The translations under genes were made by a program, and so were the position numbers. This document shows positions 1-13,285 of a stretch of DNA of 64,000 nucleotides, one piece after another. A model generated the notes under the pieces. The model did no database searches, was not told the DNA's origin, and saw only the letters and a list, made by a program, of their open reading frames with translations. This DNA is from Anolis carolinensis (lineage: Eukaryota): the NCBI RefSeq assembly GCF_035594765.1, contig NC_085841.1, positions 318,007,402-318,071,401 of the forward strand, written 5' to 3'. Numbering within the stretch: position 1 is the first letter of the stretch; every line of letters begins with the position of its first letter.

Positions 1-2328
1 ATAAGATAAGTGCAAAGAAGCCAGAATGGATGTCCAAAGAACTTCTAACTGGGCTAAAACTCAAAGGAGACATACACAAGAAGTGGAAAAGGGGAGAAAT
101 CATCAAAGAAGAATTCAAACCAATAACCAACTCCTGTAGGGAAAAGGTTTGCAAGGCTAAAGTGCAAAATGAGCGCAGGCTTGCTAGAGACATTAAAAAC
201 AATAAAAGGGCTTCTTTGCTTATGTCAATAGGAAAAGGAAGAACAATTAGGTGATAGGGCCTCTGCGAGGAGAAGATGGGGTAATACTGACAGGAGATAG
301 GGAAAAGGCAGAACTACTTAATGCCTTCTTTGCCTTGGTCTTCTCACAAAAAGAAAGCCAGCCTCAACCTCAGCAACATGGAGTGGATGAGGGATTAGGG
401 GAAATCCAACCCCAAATAGGGAAACAAGTTGTCCAGGAACACCTGGCCACTCTAAACGAATTCAAGTCCCCAGGGTCAGATCAACTACATCCAAGAGTAT
501 TGAAGGAACTAGTGGAAGTTATTTCGGAACCACTGGCAATAATCTTTTAGAGTTCTTGGAGAAAGGGAGAAGGCCCAGCAGATTGGAGGAAAGCAAACGT
601 GGTCCCTATCTTCAAGAAGGGAAAAAAGGATGACCCAAACAATTGCTGTCCGGTCAGCCTCACGTCGATATCAGGAAAGATTCTGGAAAAGATCATTAAT
701 GAAGTGGTCTGCAAACACTTAGAAACAAATGCGGTCATCACTAATAGTCAACACAGATTTATTAAAAACAAATCATGCCAGACTAATCTGATCTCTTTTT
801 TCAATAGCGTTACAAGCTGGGTAGATGTAGGGAACACCGTGGAGGTAGCGTATTTGGATTTCAGTAAGGCCTTTGACAAGGTCCCCCATAACCTTCTGGC
901 CAACAAGTTAGTCAAATATGGGTTAGGCAAAACTACTGTTGGGTGGATCTGTAATTGGCTAAGTGAACGAACCCAAAGAGTGCTCAACAATGTGTCTTCT
1001 TCATCCTGGAAAGAAGTCACGACTGGAGTGCCGCAGGGTTCCATCCTGGGCCAGGTTCTATTTAACATCTTTATTAGTGACTTAGATGAAGGGCTAGAAG
1101 GCATGATCATCAAGTTTGCAGATGACACCAAACTGGGAGGGATAGCTAATACTCCAGAAGACAGGAGCAGAATCCAAAACGATCTTAACAGATTAGAGAG
1201 ATGGGCTGAAATTAAAAAAAAATGTTCAACAGGGACAAATGCAAGATACTCCACGTAGGCAGAAAAATTGAAAAGCAAAGATACAGAATGGGGGATGGCT
1301 GGCTCAACAGCAGTACGTGTGAAAAAGATCTTGGAGTCCTCATGGACAACAAGTTAAATATGAACCTACAATGTGATGCGGCGGCTTAAAAACCCAATGG
1401 GCTTTTGGTCTGCATAAATAGGAGTATAGTGTCTAGATCCAGGGAAGTCATACTACTCCTTTATTCTGCCAAACCACACCTGGAATCACACTGTGTCCTA
1501 TTCTGGGCACCGCAACTGAAGGGAGATGATGACAAGCTGGAAAGTGTCCAGAGGAGGGTGACTAAAATGATCAAGGCTCTAGAGAACAAGCCCTATGAGG
1601 AGTGGCTTAAAGAGCTGGGCATGTTTAGCCTGCAGAAGAGAGGGCTGAGAGGAGACATGATACCCTGTTTCCCCGAAAATAAGACATCCCCTGAAAGTAA
1701 GACCTAGTAGAAATTTTGCTGAATTGCTAAATATAAGGCCTCCCCCGAAAGTAAGACCTAGAAAAGTTTTTGTTTGGAAGCATGCCCACCAAACAGAACA
1801 CCAGAGCATGCAGGATCGGTAAATGTATGTACCATAGATTGTTGTACATGGAAATAATGGTAGTAACAAGAAATTCTTGATAGGAATCACAGTTTGTCTG
1901 GTTATGCTGGTTTGTGATGGCAACTACTCTACAGTATATAATAAATTAATAAAAATTAATATAAGACACTGTCTTATTTTTGGGGAAACACGGTAGCCAT
2001 GTATAAAGATGTGAGGAGAAGTCATAGGGAGGAGGGAGCAAGCTTGTTTTCTGCTGCCCTGCAGACTAGGACGCGGGACAGTGGCTTCAAACTGCAGGAA
2101 AGGAGATTCCACCTGAATATCAGGAAGAACTTCCTAACTGTGAGAGCTGTTCGGCACTGGAACTCTCTGCCCCGGAGTGTGGTGGAGGCTCCTTCTTTGG
2201 AGGCTTTTAAGCAGAGGCTGGATGGCCGTCTTTCGGGGGTGCTTTGAATGTCATCTTCCTGCTTCTTGGCAGGGGGGTTGGACTGGATGGCCCATGAAGT
2301 CTCTTCCAACTCTATGATTCTATGATTC
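1..2328 (+). mobile_element. CR1 LINE, 3' part of ORF2 (reverse transcriptase) plus 3' UTR; degenerate, runs off the left edge of the window
   Basis: ORF pieces 30-254, 251-550, 599-1258, 1405-1660 and 1999-2247 carry the CR1 RT motifs [44 protein letters not shown] and RKNFLTVRAV..WNSLP. Ends in the CR1 terminal repeat TCTATGATTCTATGATTC (2311-2328). Several stops and frameshifts. Confidence 0.95.
1663..1993. mobile_element. Non-autonomous Tc1/mariner-superfamily MITE inserted in the CR1
   Basis: TIRs CCCTGTTTCCCCGAAAATAAGACA / TGTCTTATTTTTGGGGAAACACGG. TA duplication at 1661-1662 and 1994-1995. Removing it restores CR1 GGAGACATGATAGCCATGTAT (GDMIAMY). Confidence 0.92.
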
Positions 2329-2734
2329 CAAGGCAAAAGCAAAAGTCTTTAATTCTCAGTGCCCAAAGAGCATATTAGTAGAGATAGTGCTTAAAGTACT
2401 GACATAAAGCACTGGAAAATAGAGCATATTTATTTGCTTTGACAGCTATTCAGATCACCCACACCAGCCTTTGATTGGCTGAAAACAGGCCCAGTTAGGA
2501 TCCGGGTCTCCATTGGCTGAAGGTACCAGGAAGTAACCCCTATGTTTGGTTTTTCCAACTGTGAAAAACTCAAGGTACTGTCATTTGCTAAGCTGAAGTG
2601 TGGATTTGTTTAAAGGTCTGCCTCCATGAGGGGCACAGACATCAGGAATGTACTGACGTCAAATGCAAAGTTTATGATTGACTTAAGGTCTAGTCTCAAT
2701 ACCTTCATAAACAACCTCAGTGTGTCTTCTATGA

Positions 2735-2790
2735 ATGAATGTCTGGAGGAGGTAATGGACTGGATGAGGGAAAGCAAATTGAAACTGTTT
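2735..2790 (+). mobile_element. Short L2-type LINE RT remnant
   Basis: Translates ECLEEVMDWMRESKLKL, like the L2 'CL..V..WM..N.LKLN' segment. Confidence 0.5.
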
Positions 2791-3120
2791 ATGTATTCTG
2801 AGGGATAAGACCACTAAGTTTCCAAATCCCATCTTCTATTGTCTCTCCATCCTTGGGCTATTGTAGCCTGGCTATCATACATTTTAGGATTTCTGATCCA
2901 TTGTGAGAGGATTAGTTAGACTAGGTACACATGTCCAGGAGCTAGGTACTTTTGCAAGGTGATTAGATCAAAACAGCCTTGGGGAGGAAGGAGACACAGC
3001 CCACGTGGCTATATCAAAATGGTAAAACGTAAGAGAGACGACAATCTACTGACACTGATTGTGAAAGAGATATTTAATATAAATTCACTGATAATTATCT
3101 AGAGTTTATTCTTTAGGAGG

Positions 3121-3454
3121 ATTCCTTGGTGGCACAGCATGTTAAACTGAACTTAAGCTGAACTTGCTGAGCGAAAGGTCAGTGGTTCGAAACCAGGGAG
3201 CGGGGTGGGCTCCCTCTGTTAGCCCCAGCTTCTGCCAACCTAGCAGTTTGAAAACATGCAAATGTGAGTAGATCAAAGGTACTGCTCCAGTGGGAAGGTA
3301 ATGGTGCTCCATTCAGTCATGCCGGCCACATTACCTAGAAGGTGTTTTCGGACAACGCCAGCTCTTCAGCTTAGAAATGGAGATGAGCACCACCACCCAG
3401 AGTCGGACACAACTAGACTTAATGTCAAGGGGAAACCTTTTACCTTTACCTTTA
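3121..3454 (+). mobile_element. Sauria SINE
   Basis: tRNA-like head (TGGTGGCACAGC...GGTTCGAAACC), Sauria body (GCTTCTGCCAACCTAGCAGTTTGAAAACATGCAAATGTGAGTAGATC) and (ACCTTT)n tail. Flanking repeat TTTAGGAGG at 3112-3120 and 3455-3463. Confidence 0.9.
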
Positions 3455-5715
3455 TTTAGGAGGTTTTTTGATAACACTCGACTCTCATTCCCTCATTGCT
3501 TCTGCTCAGTCAATATGAATCATATTTATTTCAGTCAATGACCACTCAATATGAATGTTGATATTGTTGTGGTCTGCTTTATGCCTTATGTGGTGTTTCG
3601 TGGCCACTGAAAAATAAAAATGGCAACTTTTCCCCTTTCTACTGCATTACATAGTTGTATAAAACTTTTGCCTCCAAGAAAGCAATAGGTGCATACACAA
3701 ACTGTGGGATTGACTTATATAGGGATTAATGCTGATGATTTGGTTGCCATGTACATATTAGAAAAGCCACGGTAGGCTTATGGATGGAAGCATCAGATGA
3801 AAGAATAGGCTAAATGCCATAATTCCTACATTACCAACTGTACCTTGAACCAGAACATAACTAGTACTTTAGTCATACCTTAGCTGGAGAAAAATCTCAA
3901 CCAAACATTTTACTCATCAGCTCTTTTTTTAAATGCACCAAACCAAAATTTAGCAATTACACCTGCAAAACCCATCCTCCAGTTCCCATTTGTACTGATG
4001 CAAGCCATGCCACTGATGTTAATTGAAAGAAGATCTTGGTTCCTAATGAGACGGAAATGTAAAACCTCTTTTTAACTAATGCAAAAGGTCTGGGGTATAG
4101 CCATAGTCTTTTTAACTGGCAATTGCATGGCAAAATCTGTTTCCACCAATAGGAAAGAATGCAAAGTTTCTACATACAGAGGTTCACAGCAGCTGATGTG
4201 AAAAGCCTGTGCCAGATGTGTTGAAAAGTTTTCTGCAGCTGATGAGAAAGGGTTCAAGCTGGCCAATGTGAGAGACAGATGGCCATGGCCTCAGGGCTGT
4301 AAGGGATATTTACAGGACAAAAATGTACAAGAGCTGGAAAGTGGATGAAACTTTGTTCTAATTTAAATAAAACCAGTTTTACAGTAATCTGCTGAGGCTA
4401 CATTCATTCTCAGGTTGCAATTACAAAAGGCGACCTCCTCCTGCACTCTGGACTTGTCTAAAACTTGTGAATCCAAATTGTTCAGTCTTTTCTGTTTTGC
4501 ATATGGCCTTTGGCACACCACTCTGTTGGTCCCACCCCAGCTCATATCCCAGTAACAAGAGCCTGATTGGACATCTGTCATCAATCATTATAAGAGTACA
4601 TTGCTTACTGTGCCACAAGTAGCTTTCATTCTATAATTGTGGGTCAGCTCCATTCAGTTTTAAGGTAGTCTGCCACAAGAAAGAAATAAACTGCACAAAA
4701 AATTAGCAAATGCTTTAAATAAAACAAAAGATATGCTTGTTAGCTAGTCAAATAGCTTTGACTAGCTAGGTTTCGTTCAGCCCCTGAACCAAACCTAGAA
4801 ATTATTTATGTTCACTGCATAATATCTATTCAGATTACAATTAACTTTAAACAAGATTGCCAGGATGTGAGTTTCTATATACTTTCATTAAAACATGCAA
4901 ACATTACTTTTCATAAATGACAACTCCCACAATCCTGTAGGAGGATGGTCATTTGGAGAATTTTAGGAACTGTTACATAAAAGAGTATTTGTTTCTAAAT
5001 TGTGCTCTTCTCTGTATTTTAAAAGAGTTTAGAACAAAAGAAAGACCATCTGAGGCAGAAACATAGTGAGTCTAGTGAAAACTATACTTCTCACAATTTG
5101 ATGCCTCTAGTAAAATTGAAAATTGAATGTGAAGGCAATAACTCTTTTGTGTTTCTCACCTCCAACTGGTGTTTGAACTCATACTGCATAGTGCTGGTTG
5201 ACCTGTTGTTACATATAGTCATTAAGGTGGACTTACTTCCATGATTTTTTTCTAACTGCTGTTAAACCCCATCAATAGTGTCCATCCCCATATCTTGTAG
5301 CAGTGAAATTTGTAATCCAGATATACAATTTCTATTGAATTTTGCATTTGCTATATGTTCACAAGCAACATGAAGACACATATCACTACTATTATGAGCC
5401 TTAGTATTGCTACAATTAGTACCACTACTACTATTATTTCCCTTTGAGCCAAACAGTAAGCAAGTGCAGCTTTCAAGTTAGTGAATATGCTTTGGATTTT
5501 TGCCTGAACTGGAAAAAGGTACTGCACCTTGGATAGCTTGTATGAGCATTTAGCATTGCTTTTCTATTTTCTAGCAATCAGTTATGTTGATAACACAGAA
5601 TAATAGTTATTTTTGATTTCTCCGTCTACTTCCTCCATAATATGCAAATCACTATAATTCCCTCCTCTGACCTAGTTTCTACTAAGCTATAGGCTTTTTT
5701 TAGTTGGCTAGGCAC

Positions 5716-5800
5716 TTTATTTATTTTTATTTATTTATAACAGTATTTCTACCCCACCCTTCTCATCCCCAAAGGGGGACTTAGGGCGGCTTACAACAAT
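5716..5800 (-). mobile_element. L2-type LINE/SINE 3' tail
   Basis: Reverse strand reads GTAAGCCGCCCTAAGTCCCCC...GAGAAGGGTGGGGTAGAAAT...(TAAA)n. Confidence 0.7.
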
Positions 5801-6187
5801 TATAGATCAACAATATAAAACAATTACACGACAAATATACATTGAATTAATTAAGTTAAAACATCATTAAAACATCATTAAAACATTTTATCATTTAAGG
5901 TGCAAGCCTCAGTCCAAGTCTATCAGTTCATTGTTGTACATTCATAATTATTATTATTGCTTCATCTAACTTTAGCATGCCTATCATGCATAAGTTTCAT
6001 ACTTTTTACAAATATGGTGACTAAGGATGTTATCTTTTTACTAAATTATGATGGCATACATAAGACTTCAATTCACTTTTATAGTCATCACATAGATTGG
6101 AATTATGTTCCAAACAGGCAATTACAAATTCTCTCTCTAACCCCCACATACACAATATCACTCTGTAAGCAGTACAGCCTCCATGCC

Positions 6188-6655
6188 ATGGCTAGCATAG
6201 TAGGTTAAACCACCAGCTACAGAAGATCTTGCCGACTGGAAGGTTGCCGCAGGTTGGGATGAGCTGCCACGGTCAGCCCTAGCTTCTGCTTATCTAGCAG
6301 TTCGAAAGCAGCAATGTGAGTAGATAAATAGGCACCACTTTGATGGGGAGGTAAAAGGCGCCCCTGAAAAACATGCCAGCAATTCAATCCGGAAGGCATT
6401 GATGGACAACAGGCTCCTTGGCATGGAAAAATGAAACAGTAGTATCTCCTCATGGTACAGCCTCCAGATGACAGAGATGAAAAAAGAGGGAAGCACTGCC
6501 TCTGTTTATGTACTGTCTGTCTTTGTTGTCAATTGTATAACGGCATTGAATGTTTGCCATATATGTACCCTGTAATCCATTCTGAGTCCCCTCAGAGAGA
6601 TAGAGCGGAATATAAATAAAGAATATTACTACTACTACTACCGTACTACTATTAT
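6188..6655 (+). mobile_element. SINE with Sauria-like 5' body and L2-derived 3' tail (Anolis SINE2 type)
   Basis: CTAGCAGTTCGAAAGCAGCAATGTGAGTAGATAAATAGG is shared with the Sauria SINEs. 3' end GGCATTGAATGTTTGCC...CTGAGTCCCCTCAGAGAGATAGAGCGGAATATAAATAAA followed by (TAC)n. Confidence 0.75.
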
Positions 6656-7778
6656 TGGAAAGCAAGTGATGTGGGGAGAACGCTTACAGTTCTTTCCTTT
6701 TAGCTTGACATATTGCAAGGAAATCCTCTGCAGGGATTTCAGAAGGGCTTCTGGGGATCCCTGCAAGCATGGCCTGCTACATCAGGCAAAAACAAAAACA
6801 AGAAAAAAACCCCAAACATGTGGGTTAACTGTTCATTCTTTGATGCTGCAAGTCTTCTCCTTTTGTGCTCCAGGGACACAGAGCTTTTCTGGAGTAAGCA
6901 CAAGGGTGTGGTAGCAGCAGATGGCCTTGAAATACATGCAGTAGTGAATCCACTTCAAATTGTAAAATAATTTACCCAAATTCCTGGACCATACCCCCAA
7001 GATAAGTTTTTGAACAGCTTCTTGAAAGTTCAAATTAAGTTCTAGAGCAGATTTATTGCCCAATGAAATTGGTGCTGACTCTGGAATGATTCTCATTGAT
7101 TTCTAATGCTTATAACATATGTGTAGCATTAGCTTACTTACATCCCTCCTGTATGATAGGATCTTAGGCTTGTTGTACCAGGAGTTTGAACATCTTCAGA
7201 GACTCATTTTGAGCTTCCTTTCTCAGAGGAGTTTTTTTGTGTCTGTTGGAACAAAAAAGGGAGTCTGCTTAGTGGTATGGCCTTTTGAATTATTTCTTCA
7301 CAGAATGCCTCAGTTTTGGCATCAGGTTGAAAAGTATTTTCCCCATATGTTAAAATGTTGTTAGTTTATGGTTAGGCTTTATGCCTCTTGTATACTTCCT
7401 TAGGGTGACACGTAGCTTGAAAATCTTCCTAAAATGTTTTGCAATAAATAAATATTCAGAGGAACAGAAAGCATATATGCAATGGCTTCAGCCATTTGGC
7501 TTATCTTCTCATTCTAGCAAACCGCCAAAGCTTCAAGAAAAGACTGAAAAATATATAAGGATGGATATTAGCTTTGCAGAACTGTAAATGTGCAGCATCT
7601 TGGTGTAAAGTTACTACTGTGCATCTTTCTTAGCTCTCTATCATATTGCAATAGATCATTAACTTCTTCTACAATGTACAATGTATTATGCTATATCAGA
7701 GTGATGACTCTTTAAGGAAAGACCCTAAACAATGTATATTGTAATATTTTACTTTAATCTTTGGTTGAAAGCACATAA

Positions 7779-7788
7779 CACATACACA

Positions 7789-7829
<41 letters not shown>
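7779..7829. repeat. (CA)n(GA)n compound microsatellite
   Basis: Seen directly. Confidence 0.95.
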
Positions 7830-7835
<6 letters not shown>

Positions 7836-9264
7836 TATGCACACTGCTTGATGTAGTAACAGATTCCCTTGGGACTTCTACATCATTTGACCCCTTCACC
7901 TCCTTCTGTCCCTGTTTTATTTCATCAGAGTTTGGTCACTGAGCTCACAATGACCATTAATGTAACTAATTATAATAACTTTTTTAAAACAAAAATAAGA
8001 TTAAATGTATATGTTCTACTCAAGTGCACTCTGCATTTTTTTTAAAAAACCCATGTCATCATGAATAATCAGAAAGGCTGCAAATAAAATGCCAAAACGG
8101 TGTAACAGTGCAAAGTAACCTCTTAGAAAGGTTACAATCTGTCAAAAAACAGAACAGAACCCAACCATTTGTATGGTTAAATGCCACACAGCAAGATGCT
8201 GTTAATGGACTATGTGTAATGATTATTTAGGCATTGGTTGCTTATTATGTCTCTGAAGCAGCTATTTATATTGTGTTGTTTTGAAGTCCATGAAGATATG
8301 TAATTCAGTGTTGATTTGTTCAGAAAAATGAATGTATGGTAGGACATCAAACATACCACTCCTTATTTTCCTGATTTCAATAATTCTTTCCAACTCTCTC
8401 TGTGCCCTGAATTAGCATTGATACTGATTGTGAGAATAAAGACTAGTTACTTCATTGAACGATCATAAAGTCAATCATGTGTATAAAATTACTTAGTAAT
8501 TCAGCCAGCTGGTCTCTATTTGGATTCAGTTTAGTTTATTAGTTTACATGGAGAATTCCCTTCACATTTATGAGGAGGAGAGTATATAGAAACTGGTTGA
8601 TAATTAATTGCAGTTTTTTTTTAAAAAAAGGGAAATTATTTATCTGGTTCTGCTTCTAACACTTTTTACATCCTTTCTGAATAAAGTATTCTTTCATAAT
8701 TCTATTTGACTTATCTGCTATACACATACAAACAGTGTTTTATACATAATTTTCCTCCCTTTCCAGTACAGTAAAATACTCTTGATGCTCTGTAATAATT
8801 TTCTAGCAGATAAATACTTTCAATATGTAATTATGCATATAGAGGTGTTCATACCTGGAAAAACCTAAATAGCTATTGTTAAATGAAGAACAGTCAGTTT
8901 TCTTCAGCCGATCTAGCTTGTTCAGCTGGCTGTAATGGTAAGGGCCCAGCTATAATTTTTTTTCGGATGAAACGGGCCACACAGCAGCTGGTCACGGCTC
9001 CTCCTCTCCTATTCAGCATTACGCGGTGCACAAAGAAGTTTCTGCATGCTCACATGCAGTTTCCCTGTGAGCCTTGCCTGTTAGGTCAATCAGAATAGAA
9101 GAATGCCAGGACGTGTCTTACACAAGCTGTGTCTATTAAATGGGATGAGAGCTTCCATTGCTCTCAGTTGCGTCCTGGATCTAGAGAGGTGCTTCAGTAC
9201 AATTGCCTTGCTGCTTTCCCTCAGCTTTATTTTTTGGCTTGGCCTTTCTCTAACATTGAATTTT

Positions 9265-9410
9265 CCGGGTTGTTGTGAGTCTTCCGGGCTGTATGGCCAT
9301 GGTCTAGAAACATTCTCGCTTGACGTTTTGCCCACAACTATGTCAGGCATCCTCAGAGGTTGAGGGGTCAACAACCCAGTGATTCCGGCCATGAAAGCCT
9401 TCAACAACAT
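9265..9410. mobile_element. Short Penelope-like element insertion (inverted pseudo-LTR arm plus direct 3' end)
   Basis: Homologous to 21412-21652. 10-bp TSD ATTGAATTTT at 9255-9264 and 9411-9420. Decayed hammerhead motif on the minus strand (CTGAGGA...GCAAAACGTC). Confidence 0.8.
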
Positions 9411-9663
9411 ATTGAATTTTTGATTTTCTTTTATTTCCCTTTATTTTCTTGATTCTTTTTATTTAGTGGGACTGGGAGTTGGGAAAGTGCGGGACGGGTG
9501 GGTGAGATGCATGCATGCGTTTGGGGACTTGGGAGAAAGAAAGAGCATCTCTTTGCTCTTGATGTACTTTTCTTTAAAAATATTTGGGTGGCTCTGAGAG
9601 TTTTGAGTGATCCTTTAGCTTCTTTTTCTCCTCTCCCCCTACTTCAGAAAATACATTTATAAG

Positions 9664-9709
<46 letters not shown>
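9664..9709. repeat. (TAA)n microsatellite, left target of the R4/Dong element
   Basis: Seen directly. Confidence 0.95.
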
Positions 9710-9712
<3 letters not shown>

Positions 9713-12700
9713 TTACCATCAGGCCACAGTACAGACAGTAGCAGACTCCAGCAACACTGGAGCAGACTGAAGAAAGTGTGGAGCTTTTGCAAGAATTTGA
9801 AGAACCAACACCTGAAGAACCAACACCTGAAGAACCAACACCATTACCAGGAATGTTGACAGCAAGACAACAAGAGCTCAAGGATAAAATCATGGCCCAT
9901 GCTGCAGCAAATGCAGTAAGAAAGAGACTCCCAACTTTAAAAACAGTGCTCAAGAGACGCCTGGCATTTCTCATGAAAGATATGAATACATTACTTTCTA
10001 CTGTCCATATAACATCCATTGAACAAACAATCTAGTTTGCCTACAGTACAGCAGTGATAGTAACAGAAGAGCTTGGACTCCTTCAACCAATGCAGCCCCA
10101 AAGAAAATCGACTGGAAAACCAAAATGGAAGATCAGGTTGGAGCTGAAAATCAAAAATCTATGATCAGATGCAAGTAACCTAGAAAATATGAAGTAGAAG
10201 AAACGGAAGAATGACAAAAGCAAGCAATACTTGATCAGAAAGTACTGGAACACCAGAAAAATTGAAGAAGCTTTGGAAATAGTGAAAGAACAAATTGCAG
10301 CAACTGCCAGAAAAATTGAAATATGAAGCCAGAATCATCCAGTACAGACAAAACCAACTGTTTCAATCAGACCAAAGACAGTTCTACCAGAGTCTGAACC
10401 AAACAACAGACACAGTAACCACAAAGCCAGAGAAAACTGCAACTACTAAGTTCTGGAAAGAACTTTGGGAAAATAATAAAAACTACAACAAAAACGCTGG
10501 GTGCATAAAGGAGTTTGAAGGAAAATTCTCACAGAACAAAATGGAACAGATGGAAATAACAACTGAAATGATCAGCAAACGAGTGCAAAAAGTCAAGAAC
10601 TGGACATTGTCTGGTAGTGATCAACTGCATGGATTTTGGCTCAAATATCTGATTAGTTTACATGGAAAAATGGCCCAACAATTCAATGAGATGCTGCAAA
10701 AAGGAAGTATCAGTGAATGGTTAACAACTAGAAGAACATACCTAATGCAAAAGAATCCAGCAAAAGGAGCAGCACCAGGAAACTATAGGCCAATAACGTG
10801 TCTACCCACTATGTTTAAACTACTGACTGGCATCATAGCTGACAGAATTCAAGACTATCTTGAAGAAAAGAGCATCTTGCTAGATGAACAGAAAGGCAAC
10901 AAACGGAAAAGCAGGGGCACAAAAGACCAGTTATTAATTGACAAAATGATTCTGGAGAACTGTAAAATCCAAAAAGCTAATCTTCACATGACGTGGATTG
11001 ACTACAAAAAGGCCCTTGACTCACTCCCACACAGCTGGATCATCAAGTGCCTGGACGCCATCGGGATTTGTAAAAATGTTGGCACTTTTTATTGAAAATA
11101 TGATGGAGCGCTGGAAAACTGAACTATTTGTTGGAAACGAAAGCTACGGACTTGTCAACATCAGAAGAGGAATTTTCCAGGGATACTCACTATCCCCACT
11201 GCTTTTCATTATTGCCACGATCTCTCTGTGAACAATCTTACAAAAAACAGACCTCGGCTATCAAGCCTCCAAGAAATCTCACAAAATTTCACATCTGATG
11301 TACATGGATGACCTGAAGCTGTATGGGAAAACTGAAACTGAAATTGAGTCTCTGACCAACACTGTCCGAATCTTTAGCGCTGATATCAACATGGAGTTTG
11401 GTCTGGAAAAATGTTCGACAGTGGCATTGAAGAAGGGAAAAATCATTGAAAGTGAGGACATAAATATGCCTAATGACCAAATGATAAAGTGTCACTAGCC
11501 AGAGGCCTATAAATATCTGAGTATACTACAGCTGGACAACATCAAGCATGAACATGTAAAACTATGGTCAGCAAAGAATACACTAAAGGGGTCAGAAAAA
11601 TTCTCAAAAGCAAGCTCAATGGAGGCAACACCATCAAGGCCATAAACACCTGGGCCATACTTGTCATAAGATATACTGCTGGCATCATAAGATATAAGAT
11701 ATACTGCTGGCAACCCAAATTGAACTGGAAATTTGGACAGAAAAACAAGAAAATTCATGACCATTCATAATTCATTTCATCCTCACAGTGATGTTGACTG
11801 GCTATATCTGCCTGGAAGATCTGGTGGCAGAGGACTCTTACAAGTAAAACAAACAGCTAAAGAAGAAGAACATGCTCTGGCAGAGTATGTAAAGGAAAGT
11901 GAAGAACCTGCTTTGATTGAAGTCAAAAATCAGAAAATCCTCAAAGCACAGCAGACAAAGAATCAGTACAAAAAAAACGCACTACAAACTAGAGCTAACA
12001 GCTGGCACGACAAAACATTGCATGTGCAGTTCTTTGACAAAATTGAAGGAAAAGCTGATAAGAAGCAGACCTGGCTATGGCTCACGAATGGGACACTGAA
12101 GAAGGAGACAGAAGGTCTGATTCTTGCAGCCCAGGAGCAAGCCATCAGAACAAATGCAATTAAGGCCAAGATCGAAAAATCATCTAATGACCCAAAATTC
12201 AGACTATGCAAGGAAGCTGACAAAACTTTGATCATATCCTCAGCTGCTGTAAGAAGATCGCACAGACCGACTACAAACAAAGGCACAATTATGTGGCCCA
12301 AATGATCCATTGGAATCTATGTCACAAGTACCACCTGCCAGCAGTAAAGAACTGGTGGGAACACAAACCTGCAAAGGTAGTGGAAAATGAGCATGCAAAA
12401 ATACTGTGGGACTTTCGAATCCAGACTGACAAGGTTTTGGAACAAAACACACCAGACCTCACGGTTGTGGAAAATAAAAAATTTGGATTATTGATGTCAC
12501 CGTACCAGGTGATAGTTGGATTGATGAAAAAAAAAAAAAAACCAGGAAAAACTCAGCCATTATCAGGACCTCAAGATCGAACTGCAAAGGCTCTGGCATA
12601 AACCAGTGCAGGTGGTCCCTGTGGTGATCGGCACATTGGGTGCCATGCCAAAAGAGCCGGCATTTGGAAACAATAAACATTGACAAAATTATGATCTGTC

Positions 12701-12853
12701 AACTGCAAAAGGCCACCTTACAGGGATCTGCACGCATCATACAAAAATACATCACACAGTCCTAAACACTTGGGAAGTGTTCGACTTGTGATTTTGTGAT
12801 ACGAAATCCAGCATATAGATCTCGTTTGCTGTGTCATACTATGTCTTTGTGTC
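9710..12853 (+). mobile_element. R4-clade (Dong-like) non-LTR retrotransposon with RT and restriction-like endonuclease; probably 5'-truncated, degenerate
   Basis: ORF pieces 9778-10035, 10295-11095 (NYRPITCLPTMFKLLT, WIDYKKA.DS.PH), RRGIFQGYSLSPL, MYMDDLKLY (11298), 11733-12305 (ETEGLILAAQEQAIRT, zinc-knuckle remnant RLCKEA) and 12293-12601 (ILWDFRIQTD...PDL). About 90-nt 3' UTR. Flanked by (TAA)n on both sides, the known Dong target. Confidence 0.92.
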
Positions 12854-12898
<45 letters not shown>

Positions 12899-12899
12899 T
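12854..12899. repeat. (TAA)n microsatellite, right side of the R4/Dong element
   Basis: Seen directly. Confidence 0.95.
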
Positions 12900-13073
12900 C
12901 CCAGCAAACAAACAGAAAAGACTCATTCTCAGAAAACTACAACCTAGCTACCTACCTGCCTACCTACCTATCTATAATTTCATTCCTTTGCAAACAAGTT
13001 CTCTCTGTTTATTTTTCTTTCTGTGCTCTCTGCTTATTTCAAGTAATATTACTGATTATTATTACTTATTTTA

Positions 13074-13111
<38 letters not shown>

Positions 13112-13241
13112 GTATTGGTAATAATCCTTTGGCTGTTGCCAGTAGTAAAACTACAACACTTAGGTTTCAGCTTCAATCTGTGGAGAAACTTTACCAGAAC
13201 CCATTCTCTCTTCTCCTCTCCCTCAGAAAATATATAAAAAG

Positions 13242-13284
<43 letters not shown>
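13074..13284. repeat. Two further (TAA)n tracts (about 13074-13111 and 13242-13284)
   Basis: Seen directly. Confidence 0.9.
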
Positions 13285-13285
<1 letters not shown>

